Source: Candidatus Aenigmatarchaeota archaeon
Lineage (GTDB): Archaea > Aenigmatarchaeota > Aenigmatarchaeia > QMZP01 > QMZT01
Assembly (NCBI GenBank): GCA_041489155.1
Contig: JBGPQP010000004.1
Span: 13,592-77,591 of the forward strand
Length of the DNA stretch: 64,000 nt
Reading direction: 5' to 3'
Shown here in pieces: positions 43,693 to 52,000 of this stretch. How positions within the stretch are numbered: the first letter of the stretch is position 1; each line of letters starts with the position of its first letter. The notes beneath the pieces are model-generated. The model was not told the DNA's origin. It was given only the letters and a program-made list of their open reading frames with translations, and ran no database searches. A program made the translations under genes and the position numbers.

Positions 43693-44802
43693 ATGGGCGT
43701 CAGAAGCGTTGATATTAAGGATGAAATAAAAGAGGTCGTGAAGAGGAAACAGCACCCTGAGGTCGACGAGGAACTCAGGAAGATTCTTGAGTCCAAGAAG
43801 GCCGAGATCAAGGTCATAGGAGTCGGAGGCGCAGGAGGCAACACCATCTCGCGCATGACGCAGGTGGGCATAATCGGCGCCGAGACTATCGCGATGAACA
43901 CCGACGCCCAGGACCTGCTTTATACTGATGCTGACACCAAGGTCCTCATAGGCAGGGAACTTACCGGAGGCCTTGGAGCAGGCGCCGACCCGAAGGTCGG
44001 GACGGAAGCCGCGAAAGAGTCGAAAGAAGACATCAAGAAAGCGCTGGAAGGCGCCGACATGGTGTTCGTGACCTGCGGCCTTGGCGGCGGAACCGGGACC
44101 GGCGCAGCGCCGATAATCGCGGACATCGCGAAGAAAACCGGCGCGCTAACCGTGGGCGTTGTCACGCTTCCGTTCGGGATGGAAGGCAAGCAGAGGATGA
44201 GGAACGCGCAGGACGGCCTTGAAAATCTGCAGTCCATTGCCGACACCCTCATAATCATACCCAACGACAAGCTGCTTGAAATCGTCCCTGACGTATCGAT
44301 AACCACGGCGTTCAAAGTCGCTGATGAGATACTTGTAAACTCGGTCAAGGGCATAACGGAACTCGTCACCAAGCCCGGCCTTGTTAACCTCGACTTCGCG
44401 GACGTCCGCGCGGTGATGGGTGCAGGCGGCCTTGCCATGATAGGCATGGGCGAGAGCGACACGGAGAACCGCGCGCTTGAATCCGTCGAGAAGTCGCTGA
44501 ACAATCCGCTGCTTGACGTGAGCATAGAAGGCGCTTCTGGCGCCCTGATAAACGTCGCCGGCGGCGAGGACATAACCATAAAGGAATGCCAAGAAATCGT
44601 GGAGGCCGTCACGACCAAGCTCAACCCGGACGCGAAGATAATCTGGGGAGCGCAGATCGTTAAGGAGCTCGGCGACACCATAAGGGCGATGCTGATAGTG
44701 ACCGGAGTGAAATCCTCGCAGGTTTTCATGACCGAGAAGAAATTCACTTCAGCGAAGCAGAAAGAGATAGAAAGGGTTCTCGGGATAGACTTCGTGGAAT
44801 AA
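43693..44802 (+). CDS. ftsZ: Cell division protein FtsZ (second paralog)
   Basis: 'VIGVGGAGGNTISRM', 'NTDAQDL', 'GLGGGTGTGAAPIIA' and 'NLDFADVRAVM'. It lies upstream of secE-spt5, as in many archaea. Confidence 0.92.
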   Translation: MGVRSVDIKDEIKEVVKRKQHPEVDEELRKILESKKAEIKVIGVGGAGGNTISRMTQVGIIGAETIAMNTDAQDLLYTDADTKVLIGRELTGGLGAGADPKVGTEAAKESKEDIKKALEGADMVFVTCGLGGGTGTGAAPIIADIAKKTGALTVGVVTLPFGMEGKQRMRNAQDGLENLQSIADTLIIIPNDKLLEIVPDVSITTAFKVADEILVNSVKGITELVTKPGLVNLDFADVRAVMGAGGLAMIGMGESDTENRALESVEKSLNNPLLDVSIEGASGALINVAGGEDITIKECQEIVEAVTTKLNPDAKIIWGAQIVKELGDTIRAMLIVTGVKSSQVFMTEKKFTSAKQKEIERVLGIDFVE

Positions 44803-44899
44803 GACCGCGAGACGAGACCCTTGCCTTACCTTTTTAAGGTAATTTATTTAAACAACGTATATTATACAGATTATAATACAGGCAGGTCAAGGTCCAAGC

Positions 44900-45082
44900 A
44901 TGGGATTAAAAGAAGCGGTAGGGAACTGGAAGAGGGTGATTCAGGTAGCCAGGAAACCGAACAGGTTTGAGTTCACCTCCACGAGCAAGATATGCGCAGT
45001 GGGCCTGGTCCTGATAGGCTTTATCGGCTTCGTTATTTTCATGGCCGCGATTGTAATGTGCTGGGGAGGCTTCTGCTTATGA
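44900..45082 (+). CDS. secE: Preprotein translocase SecE / Sec61-gamma
   Basis: 60 aa. An amphipathic basic N-terminus plus a single TM (ICAVGLVLIGFIGFVIFMAAIV). It sits immediately 5' of spt5 with an ATGA overlap. Confidence 0.7.
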   Translation: MGLKEAVGNWKRVIQVARKPNRFEFTSTSKICAVGLVLIGFIGFVIFMAAIVMCWGGFCL

Positions 45083-45540
45083 CCATATACACCATCCGCA
45101 CGACTTCGGGAAGGGAGCAGATAGTAATAGACATGATAACCAACAAGATAAGGGCCGACAACATCCGCATAAAGAGCATCGCCCATCCCGGCGAGCTGAA
45201 AGGTTACATCTTCATCGAGGGCCCTGAAGGCGAGGTCAGGAAGGCGACGCAGGGCATAATGCACATAAAGGGCATAATAGAAAAGCCTGTCATGCTTTCT
45301 GAAATACAGCAGTTCTTCGAGACCAAGAAAACGAAGATCGTCGTCAGCGAGGGCGATATCGTCGAAATAGTGGGCGGGCCCTTCAAGGGCGAGAAAGGCA
45401 GAGTGCAGAGAATCGACAAAGTCAAGGACGAGATAACCGTCGAGCTGCTCGAGGCGAGCATCCCGATTCCCGTAACCATTTCGGTCGAGCTTCTGAAGCT
45501 GGTGAAAAGGGAGAAACCGGAAACTCAAAGCACGCTTTAA
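45079..45540 (+). CDS. spt5: Transcription elongation factor Spt5 (NusG)
   Basis: NGN domain 'IYTIRTTSGREQIV...GYIFIEG' and KOW 'GDIVEIVGGPFKGEKGRVQRID'. The start is at ATG 45079. Confidence 0.88.
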   Translation: MTIYTIRTTSGREQIVIDMITNKIRADNIRIKSIAHPGELKGYIFIEGPEGEVRKATQGIMHIKGIIEKPVMLSEIQQFFETKKTKIVVSEGDIVEIVGGPFKGEKGRVQRIDKVKDEITVELLEASIPIPVTISVELLKLVKREKPETQSTL

Positions 45541-45574
45541 AATCAATGTTTTTAATGATTTGAGTGAGTTTGCC

Positions 45575-47641
45575 TCAGCGTAATTTTCTTATCATGATTT
45601 TATTGTACAGCCTTTTCAGCCTTATGTATTCTTCGCCGGCCAGTTTCCTTTCCTCGTAAGAAAGCGAATTGTAAATATGATTGGCCTTTTCATACGCATC
45701 CTTAGCGCCGTCCATATCGGTTTCAACCAATGACTCTCCTATTCTCAAAAAGCCGCGCATATTATCAATCTTATCTTTGGCATCTGCGGTTCTGTCCCTC
45801 CGTTGCGGCGGACCTTCTTCATTGTAGTCAGCGTATCCAATCTCTTTCCTGAAAATAGCTTTTAGGTTGTTTTTCTGCTCCTCCAGATGGGCAGCCCTCA
45901 GCAATTTCGATATCTTTTTATTGTAAAATGCAATCATAGATAAGGCAATCAGCACGACGATGATTATTGAAACTATTACTGTGCTCCGGCTCAGTTCCTT
46001 GAAATATATTTTTTCCATCAGCTGTTCGAGCAGCTTTTTTGCTTCCAGGAGAGAGACATACGCATCGATGAATCTGTTCTCCTTTTTTAGCGTAATGCTT
46101 CTGAAAACCATCTCGTTCACAGTTTTAAGCACATCTTTTTCTTCCGAATATGCTTCTGCCTTAATCATGTCAGAACTCATGTCTTGCATGATTCTGAAAT
46201 ATTCAGCATTCAGAACTAATTCGATGGTCTCGGTCACGTAGTCGTATCCGTTCATTGCCTGTTTTGATTTTTCCATGGTTCCGTTGTAATCACCGGAGGC
46301 AAACATTTTCATTGCGGCATCGAGAGCAGAATCAAAGTCGGACATGTTTTTTTCAGAGCCTGGCACTTCCAATCCGAAGTTATTTGTCCAATTCAACATC
46401 GCATGCGTCTCTGATTTTCTTCTGACAGCCTCTTCGAGCATGAATTTCGCGCGGTTTTTTGTGCTCCTTGAAACCCCTAGCGCAACCACTTTCGGCACTT
46501 CTGATGTGCCGGACTTGGCAACAAGCGAAAGGCTGTATAACTGCTCGATTGCGCTGTCCGGAAGCTTGATCGCAACAAAAAAATTCTTTGATTCACCAGT
46601 TTTGATGTCCTGCTGTGTGGGGGCTACAAGTACCCAGTTGGAGGTAATACCATACACCTGAAGGGAGGTGTTATATGCCGTGGAATTGCCCGTGTTTTTG
46701 ACCTCAACGCTGAATTTCAATTCCTCTCCTGGGAACGCTTCGAGATAGTTCGGCGATATTATTGCAAAATCGGGCCTGGGCAGTTCCTGCGGGATAATTG
46801 CGCCCGAAGTGCCTCCGCCGCCATTTCTTGGCGGCGGCGAAGAAAGAACATAAAATAGCGGGCTGACGGCTCGTTTTATGTTTTCGTCGTTGGGATACTT
46901 TAGGGCAGCGATGAAATAGTATGAACCCGTATTCTCATTTACCGCAACGCTCTTGGTGTAATTCAGCCATTCTGCTATTGCTTTCCACGCGCATCCGTAG
47001 TTGTTGTAAGAAGGACCGCAAAGATATGCAGGATCACTGTTTATGCAGTAACAAATCTGGACATCGGTTGTTTCAAGGGGGGTAATCTTGTGTACCGAAA
47101 TGTCCGCTTCGATGACCTGTCCTTGGTAAAGTGCTGAGGGCCTTATGCCCGTGATCTCTATATCATCGATTGGATTTGTTGTGTTGACGTGGATCTGCAA
47201 GCTGGTGCTGTTCAAGCGATTGTCGTCAAGCGAGTATGAATAGAAAGTAATGTCATAAGTCCCTCCGTCATATCCGCTGCTTGGAGGAACATAGATGCGC
47301 AAGGTGACATTGCGGTCGCCGAAACCGGGCAGCAGGAATGCATAGTTGTCCTGGTAATAACTCATGCCTCCGCTCTGGTTCTGGAATTTAACGAAGCCGT
47401 TGGTATCGCTCTTGTTCAGGTATACGAGGACGTCAAGCGGATGGTTCTGGTAAACGGTCAGGTTCAGATAAAAGTAGTAGTCTTCAGGCACAAGTACGTT
47501 GCCATACTGCGGGAAAACGCCAAGCATACCCTTGACAGTGGCGTTCATATTGGTACTGCCGCCGGCGTACTGGGCCGATGCATTTGATGCCAGCAGCAAA
47601 TAGAAAACTGTGAAGCAAAGAATACTAAGGGAACTCCTCAT
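45575..47641 (-). CDS. Secreted surface protein with CARDB-like domain, helical stalk, TM anchor and cytoplasmic helical tail
   Basis: Signal peptide MRSSLSILCFTVFYLLLASNASA|Q. 'FPGEELKFSVEVKNTGNSTAYNTSLQVYG' is CARDB-like. TM 'VIVSIIIVVLIALSMIAFY'. Its architecture resembles the C-terminal half of the 13931 protein. Confidence 0.7.
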   Translation of the reverse strand: MRSSLSILCFTVFYLLLASNASAQYAGGSTNMNATVKGMLGVFPQYGNVLVPEDYYFYLNLTVYQNHPLDVLVYLNKSDTNGFVKFQNQSGGMSYYQDNYAFLLPGFGDRNVTLRIYVPPSSGYDGGTYDITFYSYSLDDNRLNSTSLQIHVNTTNPIDDIEITGIRPSALYQGQVIEADISVHKITPLETTDVQICYCINSDPAYLCGPSYNNYGCAWKAIAEWLNYTKSVAVNENTGSYYFIAALKYPNDENIKRAVSPLFYVLSSPPPRNGGGGTSGAIIPQELPRPDFAIISPNYLEAFPGEELKFSVEVKNTGNSTAYNTSLQVYGITSNWVLVAPTQQDIKTGESKNFFVAIKLPDSAIEQLYSLSLVAKSGTSEVPKVVALGVSRSTKNRAKFMLEEAVRRKSETHAMLNWTNNFGLEVPGSEKNMSDFDSALDAAMKMFASGDYNGTMEKSKQAMNGYDYVTETIELVLNAEYFRIMQDMSSDMIKAEAYSEEKDVLKTVNEMVFRSITLKKENRFIDAYVSLLEAKKLLEQLMEKIYFKELSRSTVIVSIIIVVLIALSMIAFYNKKISKLLRAAHLEEQKNNLKAIFRKEIGYADYNEEGPPQRRDRTADAKDKIDNMRGFLRIGESLVETDMDGAKDAYEKANHIYNSLSYEERKLAGEEYIRLKRLYNKIMIRKLR

Positions 47642-47672
47642 GTACAAATGATTGAATCGTTTCCATATAAAA

Positions 47673-48245
47673 CTACTTTCCGGATTTCTTTTTATTGCGC
47701 TTTTTCAAAACGAAGATTGCAACCGCCAGCGCCACGATTATCAATACGGCTGCCGAAAAAATAACGGGCAATATGCCAATGGGCTCCACTTGCACAGAAA
47801 ATTCATATGGCTCCTTTATCGTGGCTACCCCTATTTTTATGCTGTTAAGGATTGCACCATTGTAGACGACCTTTTCGGGGTTAATCTGGTAAATGATGGG
47901 CGCAGAAATTTCAAGGCACACCACCTTGCAAGATGGGTTGTCTGGGGACATGCACTTCTCGGAAATGCAAGATCGCCTCAAGTTCGTTTCCTGCGGGCAG
48001 TCAATCGGCGTTAGAGTAAAATCGTTAGGCGATATCTTTGTAGTGAGGGTGCTTACATCACCCGTGGTTCCTATATGATACGTCCCGCCTTCCTGGGTGG
48101 CGTAAATCCAGACGTCGCAGAAGTTGGTTTTGCTTCCGGATGGAAGTGTAATGCCGCCCTGTCCAAGAGAAATGCCTGCCTCAGCATTTGGCAAAAGCGA
48201 TATTAAAAACAAAACGGCCACGAGTGTCGCTAAATAAAGTCTCAT
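47673..48245 (-). CDS. Secreted protein with C-terminal TM anchor, hypothetical
   Basis: Signal MRLYLATLVAVLFLISLLPNAEA|G and C-terminal 'VIFSAAVLIIVALAVAIFVLKKRNKKK'. Confidence 0.6.
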   Translation of the reverse strand: MRLYLATLVAVLFLISLLPNAEAGISLGQGGITLPSGSKTNFCDVWIYATQEGGTYHIGTTGDVSTLTTKISPNDFTLTPIDCPQETNLRRSCISEKCMSPDNPSCKVVCLEISAPIIYQINPEKVVYNGAILNSIKIGVATIKEPYEFSVQVEPIGILPVIFSAAVLIIVALAVAIFVLKKRNKKKSGK

Positions 48246-48364
48246 GTGATTTAATTGTGTTATTGTTTAAAAAACTTATCACTTGAAAGGACCTGCTGGA
48301 AATCCTCGTGATAGCGAGAATACCTGATCACAAAAAGCTGTAAGTTGTGTGCTGCGTGAGAGAC

Positions 48365-48976
48365 TTAAGCGCACGTTCCGCAGTTGCTCTCAGAGGTTCC
48401 TTCTTGTCTTCCGCACCAACAGTATCCGGTTACATATACGCCTGGCTGCTGGCCGGCCGGTACACTAAGGAAGTATGTTGCCCAGCAGTTCGAATTAATC
48501 GAGCTGCTTTCGCACGTTTCCATTCCAGACCACCCGTTGGTCAGCGATATCGCAGTGCCGTTGCTGAAAATGTTGGTGCCGTTGTTCGCGGTGCTGTTTG
48601 CATGATAAGTGACGTTGCCTATGCCGATGTAATAACTTTCGGTCGTGAGGTTGGTCCTGTTGCTCGCATGTGAGAAATTGATGCTCACCGTAGATGAAGC
48701 GTCGACCGTGAGGTTAAAGGTCGAGCCTCCGTTGGCGGCGTTGTTGTTGCAACTCGCGTTGTTGCCGTTGCTGCTCTGATCCTGGGTGGCGAATGTAATG
48801 CCGTTCGTGAGGCAATTTGAGATTAAAATCGACACCCATCCGCGAACCGTCACGTTCATCGTTGTGCTGCCGGTCGCGTAGTCAGCCGAGTCTCCCAAAG
48901 GAGTGAAAACGCTTAACGTAAGCGCAAATAAGCCGAATACTATGAATATTCCCAACGCCCCAATTCCAACTCTCAT
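48365..48976 (-). CDS. Secreted/anchored protein homologous to the C-terminal domain of the 1,724-aa protein
   Basis: N-terminal hydrophobic helix. 'GITFATQDQ', 'IGIGNVTY' and 'YFLSVPAGQQPGVY' align with 'GIRFAEQDP', 'IGIGNVTV' and 'YFWLSVPQGQDPNSY' at the giant protein's C-terminus. Confidence 0.6.
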   Translation of the reverse strand: MRVGIGALGIFIVFGLFALTLSVFTPLGDSADYATGSTTMNVTVRGWVSILISNCLTNGITFATQDQSSNGNNASCNNNAANGGSTFNLTVDASSTVSINFSHASNRTNLTTESYYIGIGNVTYHANSTANNGTNIFSNGTAISLTNGWSGMETCESSSINSNCWATYFLSVPAGQQPGVYVTGYCWCGRQEGTSESNCGTCA

Positions 48977-49035
48977 AAATATTTATTAAGGCACTAGAAT
49001 ATAAATGTTTAAACATTTTTATTTTAAACTTCTTC

Positions 49036-52000
49036 CTACCCCCTTTCTTCTTTTATGTAAATCGTTGTGTTGTACGAGTTCGGGTCCTGTCCCTGCGGAA
49101 CCGACAGCCAGAAATACAGAGTAGTTATGTTGCTCTGGCCCGCGGGAACGTTCGACCTTATCAACTGATAGCCAGTTGAAAGCTGTATGACCTGGGAATC
49201 TGGCGACGTAGAATTGACAGTTACGTTACCTATGCCTATGACCGAACTCCCGTTTACCAGGTCACCTGTCGCCATTATCGAAACGTTGACTGTCCCGCAG
49301 CCAGCGGTGGACAAATCGGTTATGTTGTAGTTCCCGTTGTCCACCGCGGAAACGTTAACCTGATCCGGGTCCTGCTCAGCGAAGCGAATGCCTGCCTCAA
49401 GCTGCGAAGTCATTGCGAAATCAACGTTGCAGGCGCTCACGCTCAAATTCAGAACAGTCGTGTTCGAATTAATCCTTCCGGAAGAATCGTTCACGTACGT
49501 GGTGTTGTAAAAGAACGTCCCGGCCGAATCGCCCACGTTAACATTCACCGAATACCAGCCGTCGCCAGCCGAACCTGCGCAGCTGCCTGTGTCGGACATC
49601 GTTATATTGAATATGCTCCCGTTGGATTGCGTTACCGTAGTCCAGACAGCATTTACCCCAAAATTATCAGAAACTCCTGAAACGTTCAGGCATACAATTG
49701 TATTCATGCCCACAGAGCCTGAGTTGTTGATATGTTTGCTTCCTATTTGTGGGTTTGTTAAATCTACCGTGAACGTCCTGTTCACGTTGGACCAGTCTGC
49801 CTGATTAATTGTATCATTACACCACGCATCCCACTTCCATGTCCCTTCTGGTATGCCGGAGACGGTCACATTCCACCAACCGTTGTTCGTGGGGCTTGAA
49901 TTGGTCTGGTTCGCGTGCCAGCCTGACCAGTTGCCGTAGAGCTTGAGCGTACTCACGCCTATATTATCAGAACACTTCAAATCGAAAACTATTGAGCCGT
50001 CGGAGTCGTTATAATAGGTGACAGGATTCGTTCCCAGGGAGGCGGTTGGGTCGGCATCACTTTCTTCTTCTATCGTTATGTTGTGTTCCGAACCCAGCGT
50101 CAGGGTGAAGTTCAACTCTCCGTTAGCCTGCGATGTGAGATTGCAGTTCGCATCATTACAATCATTTCCGTCCATCTTTGCGGAATAGTTAATTGTCGTG
50201 TTTGGCATCTGCACTGTCAGATTTGTTGAGCCTGTCCCGTCCAAATAAATAGTTGCGTTATTTGTATCAGATGCAGGCGAGGTTGCTGATAAAATAAGGA
50301 CATCGGTGTTTGTGTTGTTCTTTATTTGAGGGGTTGTTGTGTACAAGTAAGATATGTTTACATAAGAAGGATTTGTTTGATTAGTATACCATGTTGGATG
50401 CGTTCTCAATTTAACAGCCAGCCGGTACCATGATTTTACATAATCCATTGACCAGTTCACAGTAAAGTTTCTGTTAATCCATGTATAGACAGTTACAATG
50501 GGGACACTTTGATTATAATCGCTGTTACTATCATAAGTAGTATATCTTTCAACACCTGTATAACTATCTGATTCAGCTTTATACCAAAAAGACATGTTCA
50601 TATCTTTAATAAAACTGGGGACAGTTACCGTTAAATCATCAGGAGATGCTTGAACCCAACCACTGCAGCTCCAATATTCTTCTGTTGTTGGGGGCGTTAA
50701 AAGCAAAGATTTTGCATCGGTGCCAATACCTGTTGGCTGACCGTGCGTTGGGTTAACATCCCTGAAATAGTAATCCACTTTTGCTTCTGTTGTATTAACA
50801 AGAAACGCATAGTTTCTTATTACATTATTGTTGTTGGTGGGTTCTGTTACATTTATTAGCAAAGAATATAACCCAAGCCTTGTTGCCGTAAAATTCCCTG
50901 TAATGCTATTCCCGCTTTTTGACATACTAACTGTTTCATAAGGCCTTGTTGTTATGTTGTATGCGCAATTATCGCAGGCTCCTCCACCTAGATAATACAG
51001 AGATATATTAAATCCAACCAAGTCATTAACATTAGGCGTTTGATTAGTTGTTGAAACCGTAATCATGGTGTTATTAATATTATGTATAAATTTATTATTG
51101 GAATAGATATTGTTTGAACTACTCATATCATATACATTATTTGATATAGTATTCCCAGTTAGATGGGTATTAGACGAAGACTGAAGATAAATACCATACC
51201 GAATGTTTGAATCGGCAGTGTTATTCGTAAGGTTGTTATCATAAGACGAAGAATCAATATAAATCCCGGCATAATAATTCGAATTAGCAGTGTTATTCGT
51301 AAGGGTGTTATTAGATGAACCCTGAAGATAAATACCAGAGCCCATGGACCAAGTGTTCGAATTGGCAGTGTTATTCGTAAGGGTGTTATTAGATGAAGAA
51401 GAAAGATAAATACCATGAGAGTTCATGCTCAAATTGACAGTGTTATTCGCAAGGGTATTAGATGAAGAATAAAGAAAAATACCCGCGTGGACACTCGAAC
51501 TAATAATATTATTGGCTATAATGTTATTATCAGAATAAGAATAAAATGTAAGTCCACGATAATTATTTGTTATAGTATTTCCTCTAATTTCTGTTCCTGT
51601 TGCATTAATCTCCAAACCATACTTACCGTCTGTGTTAGACCATCCAGCCTCGCTCAGCAAGGAATTCTTCATCGCAAATGTTGAGCCAGAATCAACTTTA
51701 AAGAAGAATTCACGTGTTGTATTGACTGCTGTGATATTGCTTGCATCACTTGTTGTTGATGCGTCATCATCATTGTCATAGATGTAGAAAGCCCCTCCTG
51801 ACTGTACTTTGATTCCGTACTGGCCATCACTAGAAGAATTCATTTTAGGGGTGACGTTCCTGAATGTGAGATTGCCGCCGTTCTGTATTGTAAGATTGCC
51901 AGTCATTGTCATTATTCTATTGCTGCACATCTGTGTATTGCTAATAATCCAATCATCACCACTGCCAGGATATGCACAGGTTGTATTAATACTGAATGAA

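Noticed and set aside
51130-51480. Regularly spaced direct repeats that superficially resemble a CRISPR array (also 5270-6320)
   Set aside because: The repeats lie in frame within long ORFs and encode beta-helix coils or Cys repeats. The 'spacers' are themselves homologous. No cas genes or leader are present.
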